From contig OX597826.1 of assembly GCA_951406725.2 (NCBI GenBank), positions 26,908,001 to 26,972,000 of the forward strand: a stretch of 64,000 nt of DNA, given 5' to 3'. The notes under the pieces are model-generated. The model saw only the letters and a list, made by a program, of their open reading frames with translations. It was not told where the DNA came from and searched no databases. Both the position numbers and the translations under genes were made by a program. This document shows positions 41,591 through 55,487 of this stretch, piece after piece; within the stretch, counting starts at the first letter, position 1; each line of letters starts with the position of its first letter. Source of the stretch: Octopus vulgaris (lineage: Eukaryota).

Positions 41591-42904
41591 GCACACACAC
41601 ACAACACACACACACACGCACACACACACGCACACACACACACATATATATACACACAGCTATTCACATATGCATGTGTATATGTATGTGGGTGTGTGTG
41701 TGTGTGTATGTGTGTATGTATCTCTCTTCTCTCTCTGTATGTACATGAAAGTTTATAAATATATTTGAGCTACTTATCTGAAAGCAAAAGAAAATATTTT
41801 GCAGCCGTTAATACTTGACATGCATAATAAAACGCAATGTGTTCCCTAGGCTGGTTGAAAGAAGTTGCGCATTTTTATACATACACACCCACAAGCACGC
41901 ACATACACTCACAGAGAAACACACACGCGCAATACACACACATATATCGAATATTATTGAATCTTATGGAAGCACATTTTCACACATGCTCCGCTATTCC
42001 AATACAGCAACATATAGAAACTTTAAAATAATTAAACATATATTCTATATACATAGGTGTATACGGGTGCCTGTATTCGTGTATGCGGCTATGTTTGTGC
42101 GAACATATTAATATATGTATATATTTCTGTTTGCGTATGTATACTGAGATATATGTATGGGCATATTGCCTTGCAGATCAATAGTTGCATATCTATACAT
42201 GCTTACATCCATTTTTCACCCACATATACACGTACACACGTCAATGCACACAGATATCTATATACTCATAGTGTTCGTAAATGCTATACACACACAAAAA
42301 TGTTCTAAAATATACGTGCACATACGCATTCATTTATGAGTTCATACACATATACATGCAAACGTACGTTTACAGCAAAGCATGTATATCTAAATGGATG
42401 TCTATACTCACCAAAATTGTATGCACATCTGCGCAGTATCAGTGAAATATTAGTATAAGATATTTGCAAAAATAATTGTATATACACATATACACACATA
42501 TTCATGAGGTCGATCTATAGATGTAGATGGACTCATATATTCATATGTACATATATTTATACTCGTACACTCATACGTATAGATATACGCACGCACACGT
42601 ATATAAACGCATATATATGTACATTTAATATATGCATGACTGTATATGTGCATCTATACTCACATGTAGTTATGTGCAAATATGCACATCTTCATAGTAC
42701 ATATCTACCACGTGTATATTATTAGCACTGATAAGTTTGTATATATATATGTTGCAAACAACTTGCACATGCAAGTGCTACCTCATTTACTAGATCAACT
42801 GTTATTAAATACATCGTCTCTTTTTCACCAAATCCATTGGCAAGCCTTTTTCCACCGTAGTTTGGATATCTCTCAGGATGGTATATACTTTACGATGAGT
42901 TCTG

Positions 42905-43536
42905 ACTAACGATAACAACAGTCGTCTCACACTGTGTCCAACACACCCTCTACATCCGACTTCGATTAGAAAATGCTCCGCTTTCTAGCCTGCGTCTTTA
43001 CATTCCTCGAGGAGGTTTACATAACGGTCAATCTTTCTAACCCGGGCGACGTCCATGTTATATTCACGAGGAATCGCTCACTCGACTAGATTCACAACTT
43101 TCTTTTACACCGCATTAAAATGTTCAGTTTTTGTTCGTAACTGGGATGGGAAAGAGTCCCTGGCACCCTGGTAAATCTGCAGTTACCTCCCCCATAGCCA
43201 TTCCACTTTTCATCGCTCACAGGAATTTTGTTGTTCCTCTTCTTAAAATGGTTCCGCTGTCCCGAGCGCACGAAAGTAATGAAACCTCTAGTTGGTAGTG
43301 TCAAAGGTTTATTTTCACTGTTGAGATCAATTTGGCTTTTCATAGCATTGAATATAACCTTAAAGACCAGGTTGTGTCTCCGTATATACATGTGCAATGC
43401 TAAAGAATAGTGGAAAAAATATGTTTCAATGTTCCGACCTTTTCGCATTTGCACAAATCATTCTTTGAGACGTTTCATCTAACTAGATTTGTAGGTGATG
43501 GCAAAACATCATAGAATGAACGAATTAGAAAACTTA

Positions 43537-43540
<4 letters not shown>
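42905..43540 (-). pseudogene. C-terminal fragment of a HERO-like RLE non-LTR retrotransposon ORF (zinc knuckle plus restriction-like endonuclease)
   Basis: Manual translation across frameshifts and stops: FLIRSFYDVLPSPTNLVR*...C..VGTLKHIF..SLAL.MYIRRHNLVF...TADLPG..LFPIP...LVE*AIPREYNMDVARVRKIDRYVNLLEECKDAG*KAEHFLIEVGCRG. Confidence 0.8.
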
Positions 43541-43576
<36 letters not shown>

Positions 43577-43595
43577 ATATATATACATATATTTG

Positions 43596-43870
43596 TTAGC
43601 TTCAGGGACTAGTGTTACACTACGAACAATCAGCAATGAACTTCATAGGGATGAATTGAAATTAAGCTCTCCTAGAAAAACTCCGCTGTTGACTAAAAGG
43701 CATAGAGATGCCCGTATGTATTCTCTGATATTTTCCTGTAACTTTTACCTGCTTTCCACTGTTCAACTTTTCAGTTTTTCACTGAATTTGTGAGTTCTTT
43801 ACTTTTCGCCATTATTACGATACTACTTTATGTTTTCTCAATGCTGAATGAAGAAGCTAGTGTTTTGACA
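43596..43870. mobile_element. Rearranged fragment of the neighbouring Tc1 family
   Basis: 43596-43714 is inverted relative to 45198-45316; 43720-43870 is direct relative to 45503-45898 but lacks the SINE insert. Confidence 0.8.
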
Positions 43871-44281
43871 TATATATATATATATATATATATCCTCATA
43901 TATATACTTACATATATACATACGGCCTCTGTATATCTCTTGTCTGGTAGAATTAGTGGTGTCATTGTTGTTAGTGTTATTAGCTGCTGTTGTCACGATG
44001 GTAACTGCTGTTGTTGCTGCTCATGTTAGTTATTTAGAAAGAAATGGCGCCCTTGCCAAATAGATATATGCTATAAAGCGTTCTAGAGACAAGATAGATG
44101 TCTTTATCTCGGAAAATGCGTGTTTCTGACTACATTGTTCCATGAGTTCCAACTATTTTAAATCAGTCCGAATTATTTTGAACGAAGTTTGGCATCTAAT
44201 TTTTGCATGTTGCACAAAAATTTAAAGAACTTCTCACTAAGCTTCACTAAGTCTCCTTGTATATGCTCCGTAGGATGTATA

Positions 44282-44338
<57 letters not shown>

Positions 44339-44566
44339 TGGGGTGGGGGTAAATAAATTTTCGTACATGGGGAAATTCTTTATTTACTTAATTTTGAATG
44401 AACATAAATGGGATATACCAATACTATATTTGCATACACATGCATAAACTAAGACTATGCAAAAGAAACTAATAAATTATAGTAACTAAGGAATTTGTAT
44501 ATGATTATAAATATTTAGGGGTGATAAAAGTATTCGTACAGAACATAAATAACTGATAATTCTGAT

Positions 44567-45592
44567 TTAATGCTTCGTAGCATAACCATTATTCAGTTCC
44601 ACTTCAACCAATCTCTTCTTGTAGTTCTTAATTAATGACTTGCATGTTTCTTTAGGAATTTTTTCCCATTCTTCTTGATAAATTTACTTCAAATCTGCAA
44701 TGCACGTTGGGGCACTTGAATGGATTTTAATTTTCAAATAATGCCACAAATTTTCAATGAGGTTCAAGTCAGTTGACTGGCTTGTCCATTCTAATAATTT
44801 TATATTGTGATCGACAATCCATTTTTTGGTAGACTTTGCCGTGTGCTTAGCATCGTTATCCTGTTGTAAAACCCACCCTTCACAAAACTGAAGCTTTTCT
44901 ACAGAGTCCCATAAATCATTGTTCAAAATATTTTGGTACATCTCTGCATTCATTCTACCATCTATCACATGTAAATTGCCTGTACCATTTGCAGAGAAAC
45001 ACTCCCCACACCATGATGTTGCCACCTCCAAAGATTACGGTAGGAATTGTGTTTTTCGGCGAATAGGCGGTACCATCATTCCTCCGAACATGGCTACATT
45101 AATTTCGTCCAAACAATTCAATTTTAGACTCGTCTGTCCATAGAACATTTTCCCAGAATGTATCAGATTTATCTTTATGTTCATAAACAAATTTTAAACG
45201 GGCATCTCTATGCCTTTTAATCAACAGCGGAGTTTTTCTAGGAGAGCGTGTCTTCAGTTCATTCATATGAAGTTCATTGCTGATTGTTCGTAGTGTAACA
45301 CTAGTCCCTGAAGCTAAAAAATCTTCTAGCAACTCCTTTCTGGTGATCATTGAGTTTTTATTCGATTCTTCGCTTCATTTTCCTTAAAGATCTAGGGGAA
45401 ATCTTGCGTGGTGCATCGGATCTTATTCTGTTTTCAACAGTTCCCGATTTTTTTATATATTTAAATACATGAAGATATGGTAGAAAATGGAATACAAAGT
45501 GTCTCTGATATTTTCCTATAATTTTTACCTGCTTTCTACTGTTCAATAATTAAGTTTTTCATTAAATGTGTGAGTTCTTTACTGTTTGCCAT
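44567..45592 (-). pseudogene. Tc1 DD34E transposase, disrupted
   Basis: MANSKELT..GKNYRKISETL (paired-like HTH), PRKTPLL..RH..ARLKF, VLWTDESK, QQDNDAKH, SQSTDLNLIENLW and C-terminal GYATKH*; several stops and frameshifts. Confidence 0.9.
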
Positions 45593-45604
45593 TATTACGA
45601 TACT

Positions 45605-45842
45605 TATTTCTTTACTACCCACAAGGGACAAAACATAGAGGGGACAAACAAGGACAGGCACGAGGATTAAGTTGATTACATCGACCCCAGTGCATAATTG
45701 GTACTTATTTAATCGACCCCGAAAGGATGAAAGGCAAAGTCGACCTCGGCGGAATTCTGAAATCAGAACGTAACGGCAGACGAAATAGGGGTACGCATTT
45801 CGCCTGGCGTGCTAACGGTTCTGCTGGCTCGCCGCCTTAATC
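45605..45842 (-). mobile_element. SINE family 2 nested in the Tc1 5' UTR with 11-bp TSD
   Basis: TSD attacgatact at 45594-45604 and 45843-45853. Confidence 0.9.
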
Positions 45843-46145
45843 ATTACGATACTACTTTATGTTGTCTCAATGCTGAATGAAGAAGCTAGTGTTTTCACAC
45901 TTAAAAATAACAACTGATAAGATAATTGGAACAAACGAAAAATTATTTTAACTGTATTTTGTGGCATAGAAAATCATAAATATATTCTGTACGAATACTT
46001 CACCCCGAAATATTTATAATTGTATATAAATTCCTTAGTTACTATAATTTTTTAATTTCTTTTGCATATTCTTAGTTTATACTTGTGTATGCATATATAG
46101 TATTGGTATATCCCATTTATGTTCATTAGAGATTAAATAAATAAA

Positions 46146-46541
46146 GTGGAGGCGCAATGGCCCAGTGGTTAGGGCAGCGGACTCGCGGTCATAGGATCGC
46201 GGTTTCGATTCCCAGACCGGGCGTTGTGAGTGTTTATTGAGCGAAAACACCTAAAAGCTCCACGAGGCTCCGGCAGGGGATGGTGGTGATCCTTGCTGTA
46301 CTCTTTCACCACAACTTTCTCTCACTCTTACTTCCTGTTTCTGTTTCTGTTGTACCTGTACTTCAAAGGGCCGGCCTTGTCACTCTCTGTGTCACGCTGA
46401 ATATCCCCGAGAACTACGTTAAGAGTACACGTGTCTGTGGAGTTCTCAGCCACTTACACGTTAATTTCACGAGCAGGCTGTTCCGTTGATTCGGATCAAC
46501 CGGAACCCTCGTCGTCGTAACCGACGGAGTGCTTCCATCCC
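46146..46541 (+). mobile_element. tRNA-derived SINE (head A, tail Y) nested in the Tc1 TIR
   Basis: TSD aaataaataaa at 46135-46145 and 46542-46552; head tggcccagtggttagggcagcgg...ggtttcgattccc. Confidence 0.9.
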
Positions 46542-46618
46542 AAATAAATAAAGAATTTTGACATGTACGAATATTTATTCCCCCCCCCCCACTGTATATA
46601 TATATATATATATATATA

Positions 46619-47160
46619 CAGGGTTATTGACATCGAATGAACTGATTTCATTACGCGATATTTTAATAAGGAAAAGCAATAGAAAACTCCAGCTAAGTCA
46701 CAAGTATTTACTCACAATCAACTTTTATTTCCTGTTTTACAAGTGTTCAATGTGGTCACCACCTGCGGCTTTGGCGGCATCAATGCGATAAGAGAATTCC
46801 TCCCTCATGCATATCAGCCTATCACGATCGACTGAGTTGATCGCTATTGTTATTCGATGTTTAAGGTCATAGATGTTAGTGGGTAGCGGTGGAACATAAA
46901 CACGATCTTTTACGTATCTCCACAAAAAAAAAAAAAAAACTGGGGGATCTCGCAGCCCAAGTAGATACACGTCTGGGAGGAATTCTCTTATCGCATTGAT
47001 GTTGCCGGTGCTGCAGGTGGTAGCCACATTAAACAATTGTAAGAGACTAAACAAAACTTGACTGTGAGTAAATACTTGTGACTTAGCTGGAGTTTTCTAT
47101 TGCTTCTCCTAATTAAAATATTGCGTAACGAAATCGGTTCATCCTGTTTAAATAACCTTG
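46619..47160. mobile_element. Fold-back non-autonomous Tc1/mariner derivative made of two 3' ends
   Basis: TA-flanked; about 185-bp inverted arms that include transposase C-terminal codons; interior encodes FFLWRYVKDRVY...RIDAAKAAGGDHIEHL*. Confidence 0.85.
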
Positions 47161-47289
47161 TACATATATATATATATACATACATACGACTGACTTCTTT
47201 TAGTTTCCGCTTAGGAAATCCACTCACAATATATATACAATATATTATATCATGTTATATTTATACACACGCAGACATACACATACAGG

Positions 47290-47354
<65 letters not shown>

Positions 47355-47376
47355 ATATATATATGTATGTATATAC

Positions 47377-47409
<33 letters not shown>

Positions 47410-49164
47410 TGTATGTATGTATATGCATGCGACCCGAATAAGATTCTGTACGTGACCAAATTCATATATTCGGGCGCAGATATTCGCTTATAGACATGCA
47501 AAGTGTATTAAAACATTGGTTTTTGTCGAACGATTACGGATAGAGAGAGAGAGCATAATACAAGTTGTAGAATATAATGCTTATTTAACATGACTACGTT
47601 TTGCGTGACGTGAGTTTTATGTTATCGCGATCATCAGTCAAGAACTACTATTAATCGTCATATTAGTGGTTTTGTATTGCTATAGGCACGGTCTTATTCT
47701 ATTATGGGATTGATCGGTTCGTTAACTTTACCCCTTACCTGTGGCTGATTGGAGCTAGATATGCTTTATCATTTTTATTATTTGAGGGCGTGGTCATCTT
47801 TTCCTGTTTTTATTGTCCATGCATTTTGTTTTAAAGTTATTTATATTCATGGAATAAATTTTTTTTGGCACGTCCTGCATGTCACAAAGCAAGGGTTCTT
47901 ATTTACGGTTCGCTGGTCACGCCGTTTCTTTCATTAGATTCACTTGTTTAAATGCAGATGATTTGTTTATCAAATCGTATGCAGGAAGACATTTTAGCAG
48001 TTGGTTGTCCACACTCTTTGCATATTGTTATACGGTTCGGTAGGTTTTGTTGGGCAAAGTTATGGTACGGTGCTCACATCCTACTTTCCTTCATGCGATT
48101 TTTCGATTCCCTAAACATACTGCCAGGTATGTTCATGTGCATGTGTGTGCGTGCGTGTGTGTGTGTGTGTGTGGGGTGTTTTATTTGAATTATGTGTTTG
48201 CAGTTAGATCTCTACAAATACTGGTGTTTTTTTCTGTCAATGAGGGTCACTATTTTTTCTCTCAATGGGGGTTACTATTTTGTTAGTATTAGCACTTTCA
48301 TGTCCGTGCAGATGTTACTGCATCGTTGGTTGTCAAATCTCTGGTTCGGAAAATGTTGTTGACATCTCAAGCCTGGGATGTTTTCATTCCTCCAAGGAAT
48401 TTTAAGATTATGTTATATTTTTGCTTGATATATAAAAATTAGATGCCATATTCCACAGTTTATTATTTCCAATTTGGTTTTTGTCATTTATTTTCCTCCA
48501 AATTTTTGTCTAATTTATTTTCCCGGACCAACCTCCTACACCTGGATATATCTCCAACAATACCAACTCTTTCCTAGAGTCGGCTATGGTGCCCCATATA
48601 TGATTAAAAGACTTCACCAGGTGGTGCTATTAAGTTAGACATGGCCTCGGCCTATACTGGCCAAAACCTATCAATGTTATCAAAGTTAGTCAGTCAGCAA
48701 CGTCTTATTTTTTCTTTTATAATTCGGAATGATTGTGACTGTTGTGTATGTCTAACTTTGAACGATGTACTTAAGGACGCTGATATATTATTTTGAACTA
48801 TAATTTTGGAATACTGTTACACAATATCATATGATTTATTTAACGTTTCCTTTTGACGGAAATGCGATAGGGTCTTTTTATAAATTGCGTATTTTTATGC
48901 TACTGTTTTGTGTGTGTATGCTGTCTTTCTCCGAGTTATTGTTAAGCTTTAATTCTTTGTTATGTGTGCGTGAATCATCAACATTCACACCGTGGCATCA
49001 TTCTGTGCTTGAATGTGGGGGCATGTCAAACGAGAAAGATTCTTCTGACGAATTTAATTTTTAAACCGAAATCAAATATTGCACATATAACAGCTTCTGC
49101 AATAACGATACTGGCAAGTTCATTAATCGTGGAAGGAAATAATCTCGGTTAAATGCCCGAATAG

Positions 49165-49330
49165 TTATGTGGCATAAATAGTGATGTACTGTTCGATATT
49201 CACGACTGCATATTTCTGGGTTCAATCCCACTGTGTGGCACATTGGGCAAGTGCCTTCTTTTAAAACCTCAGGTCAATCAAATTCTTGTGAATGGACTTG
49301 TAGGTTAAAAACTAAAAAAAAAAATTGTCG
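49165..49330 (+). mobile_element. SINE family 1-related 5' fragment
   Basis: gggttcaatcccactgtgtggcacattgggcaagtgccttct. Confidence 0.55.
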
Positions 49331-49886
49331 AATACACACACACACACAAACGTACACACATAGGGGTGTGAAGAAACTGTTTATAGTTTTCTGGATTCAG
49401 CAATTGCTCGTAAGCGCATTTCTGTTTTCTGTACATAGAGATAATTCGTAGAAAATGCGCCCGTACCCTCAGTCAAGTGGTTGGCGTTAGAATGGGTATC
49501 CAGCTGCAGAGATAATATCAGGGCAGACACAGAACCTCATGCCAACATGGAAGAAAATGGATGTTAAATGATGATGATGAATACGATGATGATATGCGTG
49601 CGTACATATATCATCAAACACACACATGTTTGTATGTTCAAGCGAGCACGTGTGTGTGTGTACATGTGTGTGTATGTATCTCTCTATATCAGAGCATGTA
49701 TGTATGTTACGGTGACTTTTGCATATACGTGTGTATACATATTTGTATGCGCATGCGTGTATAACTGCGTGTACGAGTCTCATCAGAATTCAATATTTTA
49801 TATGCTTATTTTCCAAAGAGTAAGCGTGTGTGTTAGTATGTTTATGTGTATTCCTACGTGTATGTGTGTGTATATATGTATGTATA

Positions 49887-49946
<60 letters not shown>

Positions 49947-50005
49947 CATATATACATATATACATATATACATATATACATACATATATATATAAACAAA
50001 TATAT

Positions 50006-50037
<32 letters not shown>

Positions 50038-50525
50038 GCATGTGCGTGTGTATATGAGGTGGGTTATGTGTATGATAGAGTATTTAAATATATGTAGCTA
50101 AACTTGTCTTCCTATAGTCCAAACGTGTGTTTGTGTGTTCGCAAGCATAAACGGGTATACCTAGTATATGACACTGTTTACCCCTGCACAGGTGGCTGAA
50201 AAGCAGCCGCAATGTCTTTCATTGTAGGAGTGTGTTGTATAAGTGTGTATTTTTCTACAGGCATGCATGCAGAGAGAGAGAAAGAGAGTGAGAGAGAGTG
50301 ACGAAGGAATCTATGCATTGTGTTCTTGCGATCCTTATGTAATATAACTGGCGCCATCCAATCTCGGAATGTACAAAGAAGCAAATAGAGGAGTATCGTC
50401 AGGAGTATCATAAATATCTCTGAATGCGGAAGGCTGTTTTCAAAGCCATGTATTATGTAATTCAAATATCACTAAGTACATTTATGAATATATATGTGTC
50501 TGTCTGTGAGTACGTAGACATTATA

Positions 50526-50580
<55 letters not shown>

Positions 50581-50592
50581 CACATATATATG

Positions 50593-50795
50593 CACACTGG
50601 AAATAGCAGCCAAAACTTGACTCTAAAACTATATTAAATATGCATACAGCACCAGAAGAGAAGACAAAAAGACAAAATAAACTAGCAAAAAGTAATTTTC
50701 TGCTAGTTTATTTTGTCTTTTTGTCTTCTCTTCTGGTGATGTATGAACATTTAATATGGTTTTAGAGTCAAGTTTTGGCTGCTATCTCCAGCGTG
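50593..50795. repeat. Hairpin with about 100-bp arms
   Basis: ctgga.atagcagccaaaacttgactctaaaac...agaagagaagacaaaaagacaaaataaactagca mirrored around a gtaa loop near 50692-50695. Confidence 0.9.
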
Positions 50796-50967
50796 GTGAT
50801 ATCTCGCAGATACGCTAAATTATAATTGTAATAATAATTATTACCTATGTAGGTTTTTGTTCCCATGCTGGCCACTTGATAAGATCGGTATTTAAATTAA
50901 CGATCTTATCCTTATATATATATATATATTTCTAATATAAATACCTTTGAAGATGAAAATTCTAGAC

Positions 50968-51131
50968 AATTATAAATAAGGGCAAAAGAAAAAAATTCTA
51001 TGCCAATATGATGAAAAAATAGACTTTATATCGTCTAAACACATACAATATTTCACTATATTTATAGTGAAATATTGTATTTTTTCAGCATATTGGCATC
51101 GAAATGTTTTCTTCTGCCCTCATTTGTAATT
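50968..51131. repeat. Hairpin with about 70-bp arms and a roughly 24-nt insertion in the left arm
   Basis: agggcaaaagaaaa..atgccaatatgatgaaaaaata..caatatttcactata / tatagtgaaatattg.tattttttcagcatattggcat..ttttcttctgccct. Confidence 0.8.
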
Positions 51132-51214
51132 ATATATATATATATGTTTATAGTTAAAAAATTTATGCACAAACGTGTGTACACACACACACTCATACAT
51201 ACACACATATATAT

Positions 51215-51400
51215 GTTTTGGCACAATGTCAGCCGGCTTCGGGGGTGGATATAAATCAGTTACATCGACACGAGAGTTCAACTGGTGCCTGTTTAATTGA
51301 TCCCGAAGAGGTGAAAAGCAAAGTCGACATCGGCGGAATTCGATCTCAGAAAATAATGATTCACGAACCGCGGCCAAGCATTCTACCCGGCACGGTAAAG
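51215..51400 (-). mobile_element. SINE family 2
   Basis: ttttggcacaa...gatcccgaagaggtgaaaagcaaagtcgacatcggcggaattcgatctcagaa. Confidence 0.7.
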
Positions 51401-51411
51401 ATTACATACAT

Positions 51412-51461
<50 letters not shown>

Positions 51462-51516
51462 CACATACCAACACACACAACCACGTTAGACAGACAGACA
51501 GACTGACAGATAGATG

Positions 51517-51617
<101 letters not shown>

Positions 51618-53117
51618 GCAGAGCTTGGAACTATTGCATTTGCTGATTCGCGTGTGGTGTTGCAATCACCGTCGCATCCACAATGTCTCTAATTTCTTGC
51701 TCTTTGAGTCTTTTGTCTGGTTTTTCTATAGATTCTACTGCCAGCCGTGTAACATCTGTACGGTCTGCCTTTCATCCGATATTTTATGGTCTACTTTTCA
51801 GCACTCTGTCCAGAAGGTATCACATCTGTTGATTTCAAGTTGCAGGTTAATGAGTAATTCCCTATGTAAATTCCTATGTTTATTATAATCCCACAAATGT
51901 AAACCGCAAAAAGTGTGCTTTACGTCAAGTAGAACGTAACGGTTAGAAATATAACTTAATTTTAAAGCGTTCCCTAAAGTCAGTGAAAACTACCAGGGGA
52001 AAATACTGCAAAAAAAAAAAAGAATTATCGCAACCATTTCTATTATCTGTATTGTCAGTCTTAACTGTCTTGTCGTAACTACCATATCATAATCTCCATA
52101 AAAGTATAATAGCCAGCTTCATATTCTGCCACTGCCACAGATTGAGACATTACTAAGATCTAACAGATTTTTACCATAGTATTCATAATTACTGTAATCA
52201 TCAGCACTGTATAGATATGATTAATCCCTGCCGACCATATTGCCAAATGTTACATCAACACAGAATATTTGTCCATATCATAACACGAAGTTGGCTACAC
52301 GTCTGGCTGGGATCGACATACTGATTGAAATCCCGGGAGCTGAATTTCGTGTCTCTTCTCTAATACTACAAAACCTGCTTGTGGGTACGACTAGTGTATG
52401 CTATTTTCGATTGTTCACCGTTTTAAATGAGGAACAAATACTACCGTCTGTGTCCTCATCACTGAATGGTATTCAATATAAAATATCTGCTAGGGTTGTC
52501 TCTAACTCATGTTTGGATGGGATGCTTGGCATGAGAGAGATAATATTTTTCTCACGCGTCTCTGTAATTAAGGCAGATTCTACTTCAACGCAGAAAACAT
52601 CACCGGATGTTCGACCTTTCATCAAATTGTTCCTTATCGATATTTTACCTGTTCAAAAGCACACTCGTAAAAGACAAATCTAAGCTGTTCGTTTTCACTC
52701 CCAAAGTGATTCTTATTTGCATACTACTGTTATTGTGAGCAACATTTATACTCGCAGTACATCAAATGACCATTTAAAAAAAAATTGTGTTTATTGTTAT
52801 TTTTTGTTCAAATTACAATAATTGCTTTCTGTTTTTCTCCCCCCAGTGTGAAATGTATTATTTGTACACTTTTAGTTTCCTGTTGTGGTGAGACCAGGTG
52901 AAATTTTATAGTCTGCTGTTTGTCGGTGATGTGGGAGTGAAGATTAAATTTTGCCTGTAAATTAAACTTGAAGCTGTTATTTAAAAAAAAAAATTTTCTG
53001 GCTCTCGAAATGCAGGTTCCATGTAGTAGAAATTTTTGGAGAAATTTTTTATTCAACAAATAGTATACTTTTTATTCAGAGTGAATTGGGAACATATATT
53101 CATATGAATCCGTAGCA

Positions 53118-54471
<1,354 letters not shown>

Positions 54472-54519
54472 TGATGATAATGATAATAAAAACAACAAGA
54501 ACAACAATAACAACAAGTA

Positions 54520-54812
54520 TTTCTACTTAAGGCACAAAGTCTGAAATTTTGGGGGAGGGAACTAATCGATTATATCGCCCCCAGTACGTAACAGGTACTT
54601 GTTTCATCGACCCCGAAAGGATAACAAGCAAAGTCGACCTCTGCAGTTTAAAAAAAAAAAATTATTTTATGTCTTTCATCATTTCAAGATTCATAATCCC
54701 TTCTACTATAGGTACATGGCCTGAAATTTGGGGCGACGGGGCCAGTCGATTACAACGACCCAACTCCAGTGCTCAAATGTTACTTGTTATATTGACTCCG
54801 AAAAGATGAAAA
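54520..54812 (-). mobile_element. Two partial SINE family 2 copies
   Basis: ggcacaaagtctgaaattttggggga..atcgaccccgaaagga and ggcctgaaatttgggg..gactccgaaaagatgaaa. Confidence 0.7.
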
Positions 54813-55046
54813 CTAACAGCGAGAACAATGCTGTAAACAATAGCTATAGATCCAACAGCTACATCATATACTAGTGTAACAACAGCAACAACAAAAAACA
54901 GCAACCACTGCTGCAACATCAACAACAATAACAACAACTGCAAGCAGCAAAGCTACTACTGCAGTCTACATTTGTATGGAAACATACAATAGGGAGCTTT
55001 GGGGTTTACGTCACTGTTTACAATTATCTTTAAAACAAACTTTTTA

Positions 55047-55487
55047 ATGGCGTAGGAGTGGTTGTGTGGTAAGTAGCTTGCTTACCAACCACATGGTTCC
55101 GAGTTCAGTGCCATTGCGTGGCACCTTGGGCAAGTGTCTTCTACTATAGCCTCGGGCCGACCAAAGTCTTGTCAGTGGTTTTGGTTGACGGAAACTGAAA
55201 GAAGTCCGTCGTATATACATGTATATATGTATATATATGTTTGTGTATGTATATGTTTGTGTGTGTATATGTTTGTGTGTCTGTGTTTGTCCCCCCAATA
55301 TCGCTTGATAACCGATGCTGGTGTGTTTACGTTCCCGTTATTTAGCGATTCAGCAAAAGAGATCTATAGAATAAGTACTATGCTTACAAAGAATAAGTCT
55401 TGGGGTCAATTTGCTCGACTAAATGCGGTGCACCAGCATGGCCACAGTCACATGACTGAAACAAATAACAGAGTAAAAAGAGTAAAG
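55047..55487 (+). mobile_element. SINE family 1, full length
   Basis: ggcgtaggagtggttgtgtggtaagtagc...atgactgaaacaaataacagagtaaaaagagtaaag. Confidence 0.85.

Larger units (their letters stand above)
44336..46594 (-). mobile_element. Tc1-like DNA transposon, IR/DR type, full length but decayed
   Basis: TA-flanked; about 210-bp TIRs (cattgggggtggggg.. / ..cccccccccactg), each with inner and outer direct repeats (gggg..aa..ttcgtaca); internal transposase. Confidence 0.9.

Noticed and set aside
43460-43500. GAAACGUC motif suggesting a hammerhead
   Set aside because: No CUGANGA core; explained as coding sequence of the HERO-like fragment.
46146-46225. tRNA gene
   Set aside because: The A/B-box region is a SINE head continuing into a SINE body with TSDs; no complete cloverleaf.
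52170-52215. Minus-strand CUGAUGA followed by GAAU
   Set aside because: Lacks GAAA and a convincing helix I.
52240-52683. 147-aa non-repetitive ORF
   Set aside because: No recognisable domain on either strand and a non-ATG start; possibly decayed transposon sequence but not assignable.
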